Source: Hydrolagus affinis
Taxonomy: Eukaryota
Direction: 5' to 3'
DNA length: 64,000 nucleotides
Assembly: GCA_012026655.1 (NCBI GenBank)
Contig: JAAILG010000253.1
Span: 1 to 64,000 of the forward strand
Shown here: positions 1 through 13,964 of the stretch, piece by piece
How positions within the stretch are numbered: the first letter of the stretch is position 1
Layout: every line of letters starts with the position of its first letter
Notes under the pieces: model-generated
Databases searched by the model: none
What the model saw: the letters and a program-made list of their open reading frames with translations, nothing else
Told to the model about the DNA's origin: nothing
Translations under genes and position numbers: made by a program

Positions 1-2039
1 TGTGAAGGGCACTATATAAATGCAACTTGTCATTGTTGCACAATATCATATTTGTCGATGGATTCAATTTCTTCAATTTCCTGAAGGGATGGGATAATCA
101 GATATAAATTCCATGAGATGACTTTCAGGCTGAACTGCCAACTTTCCACCCACTTCTGTGCTCTGGGGAAACCAATGATTATCATAACATTGTTGTCTTG
201 TTTCAGTTGAATAGAATGGGAGAGAACATGATATAGGCCTTTAAAAGTCATGGATAATGTAGCTGTATTGGATAATCACAAATGTAAACATTTTGCGTAA
301 TGTGACACAGAATAGGAGGTCAGTTTTACTCTTCCTGTAGGACAGTGGTTGGAGCACTCGCCTCTGTGAAGCACGTTGAGACATCACAAAAATGTGACAA
401 GGCGGTATATCAAATGCAAGAACTATTATTAACAATAATAATACATGAGATTTACAGATTGTCCTCACACCATACAGAGCAGTGAATTTTTGCCCAATCC
501 CTGGCTTGTAGCAATATTTATAGACCCTTATATATCCAAGTCATTTTCTTCGATATTTAATTTTTAATTTTATTCACACAAGATGTGATCCCTGGTCATT
601 AAAAATTTCCACAGGAAAGCCCTCATTCACAAGACGCTACATCAGACACTCGCAGAATATACCATTACATATATATATATATTTAAAGAGATTAAACTCG
701 TCACTGTGAAAAAGTCGCACAAAATAAACCCATCACTGTATCACTATAGATCAACAAGCCAGCTGCCATTGCCAGAATATCCTGCAACAAATATACTAAA
801 TAGTGAGAACTTTAAATCCTTTCCAGGATTGAGGTCTGACAGAATCATCATGTGTGGCACAGCAGTTATTGTCCCCCACCATCACCACCACCATCCCACC
901 ACTAATGGTACCACGATTCCTTTTTTTTTATTGACTAAAACACTGGCAGTAGTTTTCTCAAATTCTCTCTTCACTTTTAATTTCCATGCTGTTCTCCCCT
1001 CGCGACCAAAAAGCGGATAGCATAGAGCAGCTCGTTGCTGTTGTGTTCCTTCACTGAATGATGGCAAAATGCCATTGATAGGCATCAACCACAAAGGTCA
1101 GGGTTTCTTTCCACTTCTTTCCACTCCACTCCTGGAGGAGAAATCGTTGGAATAAAGGGAAAATTAACAAAAGGGGTGCAGGTGTAAGAGATTTGGATGG
1201 AAACGACCAATACCCTGTATAATAATCCAAGGTTTATAAAGAACAGTACTGTAATACAAACATCTGAACTTATTCTTAACAGTTCCCTGACTGTTCAACA
1301 CCTTGAGACATCCTCCCGACGTGAAAGGCGCTCTACAAATGTAATTTTGTTGTCGTTGCTTACACTGAGACCATAGATACAGTAGAATCAATATTGATTC
1401 CACTGGAAAGTGCGCTGATCCTCTACACAACTATTTAAAAGTTACATCTTTCCTTTATATATTTCTAACTTCATTTCCCCTTGCCAAAGAGATAACCCAC
1501 ATCCCTTTGCCGGCTGCTTTGCAGAGAGAGATTTGGGCAACTTCTGGGCAGCCTTCCACAGCCTGCTTGTTGTCAGTTTTGAGATTGGCAGTTGTCTGAG
1601 GCTGTGGTCTTTTCTTTCTGTGGTCCATTGTTCTTACATCTATGCTCAAGGACGTGATTACTCAGTTCTTAGATGGGAGGATGACAATGGAACCCAGGCG
1701 CAAAGCAAGAGAAAGTTATCAGAACCTGACCTCAGCTGGGGTGAAGCCAATATAGCTTTATGTTTGCTAACACTAATGGTACATGTACCCCCTCAGGGGC
1801 CTCAGTTGGTCATGAGAAACACAGCACTGTTTATGCCCTAATAGCTAAGAAATGCTATACTAAACCGATTGTATGTTTGGTTACATTTTAACAGTACAAT
1901 ATACTGATTAAAAACAGTATAAGTATCACAAATATAAACTTACACAGGTGTGATTCAAAGCCACTCTCCGAATCCATATTGTGCAATAAATTTTCAGGTG
2001 TCTTTAAAAACAGCATTGACAATACCGTACTGTAATTCT

Positions 2040-2370
2040 TCTACAATTATTTGATATAGTGCTTTTCGTCAGGAGGATGTATCAAAGTCCTTCACAGATT
2101 TTCTTCTATAAAGTGAAGTCATTGTGTATTTTGTAGATGAACATTGCAGCTAATTTGCACACAGCAATGTCCCATGAACAGCAATAAAGCCAATTTTATC
2201 TGGGAGATTATTGGCTAGGACACCAGGTGAAATACTCTTCTTGTTATGAATGCTGCCTTAATATCATTTGAACAGGCAGATGGAACCTTACTTTATTGCT
2301 CCATCTAAAGGACAATACATCCAGCACGAGGCACTCCCTCAGCATTGCTTCCTTCATGTGTGAGGCTAAA
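2040..2370 (-). mobile_element. Older, diverged Deu-type SINE
   Basis: Tail plus body (gaacaggcagatggaacc...catccagcacgaggcactccctcagcattgc). Similar relics at ~8650-9040, 10540-10830, 34110-34515 and 37050-37505. Confidence 0.6.
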
Positions 2371-4139
2371 TAATCAATATTTATCTGCAAAACCACAGTG
2401 ACTACACTTCCCAGTAAATCACCCACAAATATACATTCAGTTCACTTTACACTCAGCACTTTGAGATGCCTAGAAGATGTGAAAAGTGCTATATCAAATG
2501 CAAGGATTATTATTAATGTTATTATTATCACATAAAATACTTTGAGACATTTCAATGAAATTTTAAAGACGCAAAATCAAAAGGAAGGCTTCTTACATTG
2601 GCAATCTATTCAACCATGGAGGGTGGCAAAAGTGGGTCAAAATCTATTCATGCTTAAGAGTTAAAATGAAAACATTAAATATAAAATGGTGAGGCTATGC
2701 ATGAGCTTTTCCAAGCCAAGCAGCTGGTTTAGCTAAGTACAAGGCAAAGATCCAGGGTTCATGTCCGAGCAGGGTTTACTCAGTCTATCATCTGTTTGAG
2801 ATCAATAAAATAACAATGGAATCATACATCTACTCCAAATTATTGAGGAAGTCTTGAAAAGGGGATAGAATAACTCGAAAATAATCTTAACCAAGCAAGT
2901 ACACTCTTTGGCAGCCTTAATCTTTTCCCTAGTTTAAATAAACTCTATCTATAAATTTTATGGAAATGGGTAGATAATCATTTCCAAATTTCTAACTTGG
3001 TTTGACTTACGTTGGGTTAGTTTTGAGGGTGAATACAGAATCCTAACTTGGCCTAGTTCAATTCAGCCTTGTAATATAGGATTGTACACGACACAGAAAC
3101 ATAGAATGTTTCAATCACAGAATATGTCCAATTTCACAATTTGTTCCGAAACTAACTTTAACAATTTACATAGCACCATTCACATGGGAGGATGATGTCT
3201 CCTCCCATGTGAGACTTTAAAATTTCATTGACTGGGAGCCCAAACTTGTGGTAGATAGAGGTCAGATTGTGGGTGTATGGTGAAAGGTGACAAAAAGTGC
3301 ATTCAAAATAATAGTTCATAAGGCAAGCTTTAAAAATGAGAAGGGAGGGCATGAAGTGAAAGGATTCTGGGTCGAAGTTCCAGTGAGCAAGGCCAGATAG
3401 TTGAAAGCTCGTCCGGCTTTCTTTGTTCAATATTTTATTTGTTAACGCCAACGCAAGTGGTTTAGAGTCACGCCAGCTGTAGTTTTGAGCTTGTTTTTCC
3501 CACTTGTAATTAAATTGAATATAATTACAATAAAATTCAATCTTTAAATTCCCAAAACTGTCTTGAGATATCTCTCCAACTTACCATCCGCCTCTGCTTT
3601 CAAGCCCCTCTAAAGATGATGATCAAACATCTAGCGAGAGCTCCCACTTTGCCTTTGTAAAGCACTTTAAAACATCCTGCTGAGTTGAATATGCGACATA
3701 GGTGGAAATTGTTGATGTTATTGAAACATTGACAATATTCAGAGAACACTACAGTTTTGTTTGACAACGTTTAGATACTCAAGAGATGGGTGAGTTGAAG
3801 TTCAATATGGGCTAACTTTTGTACAATTTGTGAAATTAGAAAGTGTGACAGGCCAGCTGGCCCGTCCTCAATCATTTACTATCCTGTATGCTTACTTCTG
3901 CGTGATGGAAAAAATGATACTTGGGGTATTCAGGGAATAAATACGTACTTTTTTAGATTGCATCTGGAATCAATTTCCTTGGTCAATCAAAAAGAAGTAA
4001 AATCTAAAGGAAAGAAATTCACCAGACGTACCACAAGAGACTGCAATTATTCACAAAAGGTGGATGTGTTGCTTTATTTATGGCAGTATACCAGTTGACA
4101 CACAATAGCTTGGTAAGAAGATCATCATGCAAACAAAAC

Positions 4140-4385
4140 AATTACATCAAATTATATGGCACAGAAACAGGCTAATCAAACTAGTCTATGCTGATGTTTT
4201 TTCCGCATTTACTCCTCCATCCCTCCTTGCCTCCTCACCTACATGTTTGCATTAAGTTTAATCTTAAATGCATTGATGCTTTTTGCTCGAAACATTACTT
4301 CCAGCGGTGAGTTCCAATTCTCACCACCCTCTGCATAAAGAAACTCCTCCAAATCTACCCCTAGCTTTGGACTCACCAAGAGGTG
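4140..4385 (-). mobile_element. CR1 3' fragment
   Basis: ENWNSPLEVMFRAKSINAFKIKLN resembles the CR1 ORF2 C-terminus. Confidence 0.65.
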
Positions 4386-5799
4386 AAAACATAGGGGTTG
4401 GGGGGGAGCAGTTGGGGAGGCCGACAAGCTGGGCGTTTGGATAGCCGAGCCTTGATGTTATGAATGCATGTCTTGGCGGCCTGCAGAATAACATATTCAA
4501 TGTAACTTGAATCATGGTAAAGCAGCATTTCACTCAAGACTCAAAAACTGCTTTGGAAACAAGACACTTGTGTACAGACATCAGGAAGTGAAATCAGAAA
4601 CACAAAGACTACAACAATAATCCAATATTAAACAAAAATAACAATTGCAGTGACATATGTAAAACGAGCAGTTTCATAATGCAAACTAGTAAATCCACAA
4701 ATAGCAATGGACAATGGGAATAAAATGATAGCACCTTCAACAATGTGGTGCTCCCCCACCACCTAATTGAAGCAACAGTCTAGACTGAGTCACGATGTGA
4801 CTAAGTCTCGCTGTGTTTGGGGCTTGTGGAATCCACAAGCTTCTGACTCAGAGATGCAAGTGCTGCCAACTCTGATAGGCTGACAATGCTTTTCCATGTT
4901 GTGTCAATATCAACAGGCAATATGAAAGCTAATGCTCGCACTTGTCTGCCCGAACACTGCATAATTCCCAACCTCAGAAGACTAAGCCTTGATACACCCA
5001 ATGTGGATTTGATACTCTTTGAATAGTATTAGTTAGTGACATTATTACAAAGGAAGCAAGACATAACGATGAGTGATGTATTAACCTTTCAACCTCAATA
5101 TTGTTATAGAAAATCAGTGATGAATTAAAAAATGTTGTTGGGTGCAGTTGGCCTGTAACATATACAGTCAATTCACATTACAGTACTTTTGTGAACCACT
5201 TTGAGACTCAATGACGTAACAGGGCATTATATTGTATGCAAGGATTATTATTATTGTTATTGTTTATTGAAAAAATGCAATGAAAGCTTTTTTAAAATCA
5301 AAATTGCCTAAAGCTAATGCAACAGTATATAAATAATCCAGCCCTGAAACTGTGATATAACTAGCTGTGTACACAGCACTTCAAATCAGTTCCATAGGGG
5401 TGATCCAACTGTTAAGCCGAATTTCACAACTGAACATAGTTTCCTGATTTGTAGTTGGAATCTTGGCAAGATGTTTGGTACATAGTCGTATAAATCCAAC
5501 TCCAAACAGCTACACATTCTCTATTGGTTTGACACAAAAATGTTCAAAATGCAGAGCTTTTACTTAGGGATTTTGTGTAACGGTGGACTCTGTGTGAATC
5601 ACCGAACAATCGTATTGTATTTATCAGGTGATCAGGAATCTGCAATATTTCAGCTACACTCTCAGATTTACTTTGTCAGAGCCATTTCTATATCCATATA
5701 TCTTTATATCTATATGATGTTCCAAAACCTTTTTTAGCCTTCAATTCCAATCTTTGTTCATTAAAAACAGGCATGAAGTCATTTTATTCGCAGACTTAA

Positions 5800-6545
5800 C
5801 AGCAACTTACATTTTTATAGCACCCTCCACGCCAGCAACGTCTCAGAGTGCTTCACAATGGTGGAGCCCAAGGCCAAGCCGAAGGGCAGCAGAATGTATC
5901 GGTAAGCGTGGTCGAAGGGAAAGATCTTCAGGGGAGACCTGAAGATGGAGAAGGAGGAAATGAGGCCAACGGGTTGAGGGAGGAAGTTTCAAGTTCCAGG
6001 GCGTAGTGACTGAAAGCACGGCTACCGATGGTGGAGTGAGTGGAGAATTCAGGGGACAAGGAGAAGGCAGGACCTAGTAGAGCGAATGCAGTGGGTACTG
6101 CTGTGGGGAGAGGAGGTTAGAGAGCTATGGGGGTGCAGATGAGTGGAGGGATTTAAAACACAAGAGTGAGGATCTTGAAGTCAATCCGCTTTATGACAGG
6201 GAGCCAGTGCAGTTTGGCAAGGACTGGGGTAATCAGGGTAAGAAATTTAGTGCGGGTGAGAATGCGGTGGGCAGAGTTTTGAGTGAGCTTAACTTTGTGA
6301 ATGGTGGAGGAGGGGAGACCAGCAAAAAGGGCGTTATAGTAGACCAGCCAAGAGGTAACAAATGCATGGATAAGGGTTTTGGCACCATTTGGGGTGAGGT
6401 ATTCATGGAGACAGGCAATAGAATAGGAGACAGGCAGAGATAGAAGAAAGCGGTGCTGGTCAGGGATCAGATGTGGGGGAGAAAGCATAACTGGGGATCG
6501 AACCTGACGTCTTAGTTTTAAGGACAGGTTGGGTAGGTTGAGGAG
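5800..6545 (-). mobile_element. L2-clade LINE 3' fragment
   Basis: ORF 6153-6488 gives AKTLIHAFVTS...LAKLHWLPVIKRIDFKILTLVF (L2 ORF2 C-terminus), followed by 3' UTR and a GTT-type tail. Confidence 0.85.
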
Positions 6546-7194
6546 GCGGAACTGTGGGACAGAATATTTACCAAATTAATCTCAACAAAACTGCATAAAG
6601 CACCCGATAATTAGCCATGCCAGCTATGGAAAGGTAAGATTTTATTAGTGAAATGAAACTGCAACAACCATTATGGATATACAGTACTGTATCTTCAATA
6701 TTGTCCATTTCAGGTAAAAGTACAATACTGTAATCCATCTGAAGATATCCAGAGAAAATGCAGGGAAAGCAAAGTCGTAAATGATTTCGGAGAAATAAAT
6801 TAGGACATCCAGTTGGGCAAAGAATATGTATCTTGTATATTAACGGGAAGTTCAGTAAAATTGTGTTTGCAATTACTTTTTATTTCAGACTGACATTGTG
6901 AAATATTTTAATCAGTTCCATTTAGCTGGAAGTACTGTAATTTGAGAATAATTTTCTTATTTACCTCCTGCAAGTTTAGTAATTTTATGGCAAAGCTAGT
7001 TTACTATCAGCATCTTCTGTTTTGTTGACATTATTGGTAAAGTTGCAAACTGCTGTACAAAGATGTTTATATAATTTAAAGAAATACACTATGTTCATTG
7101 TAATCTTTACGTTTTTCTTGTTACCTTTGCAAGATCGGGGAGGGTGGAGGGAAGGGGGAATGGGAGGCTTCCTAGTCTCCTTCAAGTCCCGTGT

Positions 7195-7470
7195 CAAGAC
7201 CCTCCTTGAAGGAGGCTAGGGAGGGGTCGAGCGAAGGGATTACGGGATGAAATTCCAAAGGTTGGGGGGCAGTGTCTGAAGGCTTGCCCGCTGATGGTGG
7301 AGCAGATGGGGCAGGTACATGGAACCCACTGAGCAGAGGCAATGTGCAGATTGTTAGGGAGTTTGGAGGTTACAGAGGTGCGGGTGAGGTGGGTGCAAGG
7401 CCATGAAGGACTTTGAAGGTGAGGACCAGGATCTTAAATTCAATTCTGTGTGTGATGGGAAACTAGTGGA
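7195..7470 (-). mobile_element. L2 fragment
   Basis: Similar to the other L2 3' copies (ttgaaggtgaggaccaggatcttaaatt). Confidence 0.7.
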
Positions 7471-9142
7471 TATTTAATCTTTTCTGACTATCTCACTGCT
7501 ACCAACAAGAATTCTTTGAGATAGCATCTTTCACATAGTTGAAATATCCTTCACAGGATTTACTATAAAGTGTAGTGGCTGTTTATTTGTAGGTCATTTG
7601 AACATAGCAATGTCCAACAAATAACTATGAATTGGGTGACCAATGGAGTCAGGTGAGGATGGAAATGATAGGTTTGCGGAGCCTGGTGTAGGAGAGGATA
7701 CAGGTTGCAGCTTGAACATTTTAGTTCACAACATTTTCAGACAATAACTGGACGTAGGCAAATATGGTTGAAATATGCAAATAATAGCAATGTATAAAAT
7801 GTATATCTCTGTACATTTTGGATGCAGACAAGTGTTAACAGGTTTGATCAGCAGATCTAGAAAATTAAGAACCAAAGATTGCAATGTTTGATTAAAACCA
7901 CATGAGGAATGGCACTAAAATGAAACTCAACTAAGACAGGTCCCAAGGTCTCTTATGAATGCCAATTCTCTACTCCCTGCCAGTGATCATAACTCAAAAA
8001 TGTACAGTATCTAAATACAAATACTTGCATCTTACCAAAGAAAACATGTTCTTGTAAAACTGAGACTACTGATGTTAGTTCCCACAGTTGTAGTTGCAAA
8101 ATAAACATAGCAAGTAGCAACCACAGTCTAATAACTACCGTACTACTCCATAATGAAATGTCTTTCTACACTGAAAATACCTATTTATACAGCTGTTAAC
8201 ATATAAGAAGTTTTAAAAAGCTACCTATTTTGATATTATCAGTTTTAAAAACTGGACACAGCTATTGTGAAGGGATTTGTGGGATGTCATGACTGACATT
8301 CCCTGGTGATATTTTGGAATGATGTAGAACGCTGAGATTCAGATAGTCTTGTGTTCCTAGAAATTTGACTGAACCCTAGCACCTGTGTGGTGCTTTCCAG
8401 TTGCAATGTTCCAGTAGACTGACAGGTCTACCACAATCATTCACATTGTTCTGGCAACAAAGGAACCATTTTCATCAAACCCCCTATTCAGCCTGGTTTT
8501 CTGCACAAGTTGAAGAGATTTTTTTGCTGCTTGACAAACCTAGGCCAAATATTACATGACTGAACAAATATAGCAATTATAGTTGAGATTGGTAAGTAGG
8601 ATTTACTCTGTTATTTAAACTTTTTTGGCTATCTCACTACCACTTATAAGAATTCTTTGAGATAGCACTTTTCATATAGTTTAAATATTTCGGAGTGCTT
8701 CACATGATTTACTGGAAAGTGTAGTGACTGTGTATTTGTAGGTAATTTGAACATAGCAATGTCCCACAAACAGCCATGAATTGAATGACCAATTTTATAT
8801 GGAGCATTGTTAGCCAGGACACAAGGAGAAACTATTGTGTCTTTTCAAATGGTACCATAGGATCTTTAACATCCAACTTAGTTTAATGTCTCACCTGATG
8901 GACAGAATCTCCAACAATGCAATGCTTGCCAACACTGTGTCGGTCTTTCAGTCAAGACTGTGAGCTCAAAATCCTGCCAGAACTCACAAGCTTCAGACTC
9001 AGTTGAAAATGAGATCAAGTGTGCCAGACTGCCACCCACTGACATTTGTTTATTTCAATTAATTTCTATTTAAATCAAATAGAATTACAAATAATAATAA
9101 TCATCCTTATATTTGATGTAGTGCTTTTCACTTTTTCTAGAC

Positions 9143-9541
9143 AACAAAACAAAATTACATTTGTAGAGCAGCTTTCATGGCGGGAGTACATCACACGGCG
9201 CTGAATATCAGGGGTCAGGAACTGAGCATGTGGTGGGGGGGCTGGGTTGGGATAAGCGAGGGCAGAGAGGTAGGACAGCGACTGAAGGCACGGTCGAACA
9301 GGAGGGTCTTGAGACCGGTCTTGAAGGAGGCAAGGGAGGAAATAAGGTGAAGAAATTGTGGGATGGAGTTCCAAAGCATACGGGCAGAGAGGATGACAAC
9401 CCGGGTGGTAGGGTGGGTCGGGTGGGAGACATGGAGTAGGCCAGAGCCTGGCTGAACAGAGGGAACGGACAGGTTGATAGGGGATCAGCAGGTCATAGAG
9501 GGGCAAGACGGTGGAGGGCCTTGAAAGTGAGGACAAGGATA
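9143..9541 (-). mobile_element. L2 3' fragment
   Basis: Tail acaaaattacatttgtagagc and a pyrimidine-rich ORF2 end. Confidence 0.8.
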
Positions 9542-9546
9542 ATTTA

Positions 9547-9731
9547 TAGACGTCTCAAAGCGCTTCACAGAATACAGTATACTGTAAAGTGAATTGACTC
9601 TATATTTGTCGCTGAAACACGGCAGCCAATTGTGCGCAGCAGTGTCCCCCAAATAGTCGTGGATTGAATTGACCAATTTATTATTGTTTTTTTGTGGATG
9701 GATTATTATCAGGCATGCAGAGTAAGGAAAC
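9547..9731 (-). mobile_element. SINE fragment abutting an L2 remnant
   Basis: Matches the SINE body and tail (gacgtctcaaagcgcttcacag...ggcagccaattgtgcgcagcag). Confidence 0.75.
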
Positions 9732-10939
9732 AAAGCAAAAGTATCCACTTATTGTAAATATGTATTTACAATACATATTTTGATCTTACCCGATAATTAC
9801 AAATAAAGATGTAGTTTCTCCCGTATAAGCCATAGACATCTGAGCTTTCATTTAATTTAAAACATGAATAACTGTTCCCAACACATGTGCAGAAGTCGTG
9901 GAAACTAATGTTATGCTCTTCTGGATCCCGGGAGGGGCTCTGGCACAGGCATTTAGCTTTGCGCAGTTCCAAACATGGCAAGTTTTGTAGAAACCTACTT
10001 AAATAGGGAAAAGCTTCCAATTTATTCAATTTTACCAGATTTGTTCTGCAGATTTATGAGCATTAGTCAACAGAAGCAGTTGCAACAGTAAATAATTAAT
10101 CATACAGGATTATTACACAACCTCTTGATATGTCAGCACAAAGCAATTTATGGAAGTGGTAGTGATATATTTTCATGTAATGTTCATCAGCATGATAAAC
10201 ATTTGTAAAATTCTCTTTCATATGTTTACACACACTTTTTATGGCTAACCTGTGAGATTTCAGGATATTAAATGTCTATTGACACTGAAACATCCATAGC
10301 AAAATTAATATCAAATGTTTGCAAATTACAAATTAATTGGTAAATAAATTAGAGTATAAATATTATTATAATTTTCAGTGATAGGTCAGGGAAGGGAAAA
10401 TGCAAACAGGTGAAATTGGAAATCCTGAACCCGTTAATGCTGCCTGTTCAGGAGAAGGTGGCATTAAAATCAACTCAGCAAGCTGTGTACTAGCCATTTG
10501 ATTTATTACTGCCTGCCAATGCTTTTCCAATGTTAATCTGGCTCAGTTGGCAGCATTCTCTGAGTCAGAAGCCAGTGGATTCAAAGCCCACATTGGGATT
10601 CTGAACTCAGAAGTATAGGCGAACACTCCAATGTAATGTTGAGGTATGCTACATTGTTGGAGGTATCATCTTTTGAAAGAGGTGTTAAGCACATTAAAGA
10701 TCCCATGGCACTATTCAAAAGAAGATGGGAATTTCTTCCAGTCTCCTGGCTAAAAGTCTCAAAAATAAAAAATCTTCATGACTGTTTATGCAACATTGTT
10801 GTAGTATCATTATTATGTTACAATAATGTTGGCATGTTTTAATTGCTTTATTGAACAAAAGTGATTGATGCAAATGGGATGATGCCATCTTCATCTGGAA
10901 CTCTCTTGAGAACACTGTGCCTTAAAATGTACTGCTCTA

Positions 10940-11270
10940 GCCCCCGCACTATCTCATGTACAGTTCCTCAGGGCTCTGTCCTTGGTCCCTTCCTTTTCAA
11001 TACCTATATGCCCCCTCCTGGTGACATCAGCTGCAGACAAGGGGTCAATTTCCAAATGTGTGCGGATGACACTCATCTCTCTGACTCCACCTTCGACTCC
11101 AGGTCCACTAATGTCAACAGAATGTCTGTCAGAAATCGCCTTGGATGAATGCTGACTTTCTAAATTTGAATGTCAACAAGACCAATGCCCACCATATTGG
11201 CTCCCTTGAGCACCTCCACAACTCAGCCACTGACAGCATCACCATCTGTGGATGCACACTCAAAAGAATG
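10940..11270 (+). mobile_element. L2 reverse-transcriptase relic
   Basis: VPQGSVLGPFLFNTYM and CADDT (degenerate YADD). Confidence 0.8.
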
Positions 11271-12377
11271 GACACATCCACTGGACACAGATGAATGGAG
11301 GAACAACATGGTGAGTGAGTGTTCAAAGTAGTAGTTTTAATTTGTAGGGAGAGCACAAAGCATTAAAAATCCTTAATAATGCTCCTTACATTTGGCGCAG
11401 TGCCTTTTCTCATCAGGAGGATGTTTCAAAGAGCTTCACAGGACATCACACTGTTAGTGTATTTCACAAGAGTAGCACAATACATAAATATGTGTGTTTA
11501 AGCCACAGTTGTTATTTGTAGTGATTTCCCAATTCCAATTATGCAATCATGCCAAATTATTATTTCATGGGAAAACATGGAGGTATACTCAGAGGTAAAC
11601 TCACCCTGAAGGTGATTTTTTGCAGTAGCGTCAGCAAGGCTAGAAGTTGCTGCTGTCTGTGCTCTTTGGTTGTAAAATGGCATATGGATTTAGGCAGAGG
11701 AAGCTTTTAAACAGGAAAGAAGATCATTCAAGACATTTTAGAGGTTTCATCAATAATTTAGCTGATGCCTTTTTCCACATTCTAATATATTTTTAAAATG
11801 AACAGTGCACATGTCATCATTCTGTAGGAGAGCGTGGGAGTGACGGACACCTGATAGCAGTCTGGTGCACCCAAGCTTTTATCAGTTCTAAACATTGCAT
11901 TTGAATATGGTGACAGAGAGTATTAAATAAATGGACCATTTTTATTTAACATTATTTAAAAGATTGCAGCAAGTTCACTTGTTCCCCTGTAAAATACAGA
12001 TTCACATCACTCTACAGTAAATCCTGAATTAAACTCAGTGTTGCCTCCAATTGGATGTAAATGAGTAATAAAATGTTCTCTAGTATAGTATAAGCAAAAA
12101 GTGCATTGTACACCCCATATTGACTCAATTTTATCTTTATAAAGAATAGAAAAGAGTTAAAAAGATAAAATGCAGCATTTAGCTGGGCTTTCTATAAATG
12201 CTTTATAAATGATTTTTTGCTTATTATAAAATCACTATCCTGCCTGTGGTGTATGTATATTTAACATATTACTCAGTACTACTCAGAAAGGAACTTAAGC
12301 TCCTTGAACTCATTCTCAGGCAGAGGTACTTTCTGTGGGTAAAAGAGAATTGTTCCTGGGATGACTGGTCCATTTAT

Positions 12378-12810
12378 TTCTTCAGTATCTATATGCTGCC
12401 TCTTGGTGACATCACCCACGGACATGGGATCCACAGACATGTCCTTTCCCGCACTAGGCTCCGTGGGGTATCACCTCATCCTCACCCGACTCCACTGGCT
12501 TCCCATCACATAGAGGACACAGTTCAAGTTCCTGGCCCTCACCTTCAAAGCTTTCCATGAGCCTCGCTCCTCCCTCCCTCTGCGACCTCCAAACCATCCT
12601 GCATACTCCCTCCCTCCACTCAGCAGATTCGGGGCTGTTTTACGTCCCCCACCTCGCCCGCCCCACCATTGGCAGGGGCGTGGGGGTGGTGGGCCTTCTG
12701 CCACTCTGGCCCCCACCCTCTGGAACATCCCACAGGCCCTCTGCCTTGCCCCCTCCCTTACCTCCTTTAAGACCCGTCTCAAAACTCTCCTCTTCGATCG
12801 TGCTTTCGAT
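12378..12810 (+). mobile_element. L2 fragment
   Basis: FSIYMLPLGDI followed by ctccactggcttccc (LHWLP) and the 3' ORF2 end. Confidence 0.8.
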
Positions 12811-13639
12811 CATTGATTCCAGAATGATTCATTCAATGTCTCCCTTATTGCACATAGAATCCTGCAGTAAGAAAGTTTCATTATTTGGCATTAAGAGAAT
12901 GTTTTGCAATTCATGATCACTTCATGAGGTCAGTGTCTAACCAGTCAATCTTGAAGGGAAATTTGTTTGGAATGTCCTACCACATGCTAAGCAGATCCAA
13001 AATTTAGAAGAGGCTAAGAAATTGTGTAGTTTGATTGACAAACATTGCGCCCTGTTAACCACACTGAACCAAATGATCAATATAATGTAAAGTTTAATAC
13101 TTTCACCGGTTAGTCATCTTTTATATAACCACCAGAGAAAAGCTTCAGAGACATTACATTTTCACGGTTTACATGATTTATCAGCTCAGAAAAGCAATAG
13201 CCTTTCTGGGACCTGATATTCAGGAAGTTGATGGGTATTTTTGCAGCATTCCTCTTCATTATATGGCTGGCTTAATGCAATCAGAAAATAAAATATTTAC
13301 TGGGAGCACTGTGTTGAAAGTAATTCACTTAGTTCATTTACTTTAGTGTGCAGTAAAATTACCATTTCAGCCAATGTTTACAACTGATGTCGAGTATTAT
13401 TGCAAAAGAAAAATCGAATGAATTTCAAAACCTTATCATTGTGTTCTGATTCGTCACAAGTTAGCACAAATGCTTTGTTAAAAAAATATTTCTTCTTGTT
13501 ACATTATTTGCAGCAAACTGTTGGGTATTGTGTCCAATTCTGGCCTCTGTAGTATAAAAGCTTGTAGCAGCAATAGATAGACGACAGTGTAGGTTTGTGA
13601 GAAAGATACCAGTGCTGGCAGGTTATTGCAATAAGGATA

Positions 13640-13845
13640 GGTTGGATAGGTTACACCTTTTTTTGTTGGAGGTGAGATGTTTACTGCTAGGTCCCACTTA
13701 CTGCTAGGTAAACAGAGGCGTGTGGAGTAAGGAAACTTAACCATATTTCTCCCTGCTAGGAATCAAGGTCGCTCACCTTGAAAAGCACTATATCAAATGC
13801 AAGGATTATTATTAATATTTAACCACTAAGCTACAGGACTCCACA
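13640..13845 (-). mobile_element. SINE 5' half (long variant), with an internal tail piece in opposite orientation
   Basis: gtgtggagtaaggaaac...gctacaggactccac on +. Confidence 0.65.
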
Positions 13846-13964
13846 TCTTTATAAGCACAACACAAAACATTGCTCTGAATGAGGTGTCAAAACTGAAACA
13901 TATTCCCTAATCTTGCACTGACTTTAATTGCTTTTGGAATGAGAAAAGACTTGTACAACAGGTT

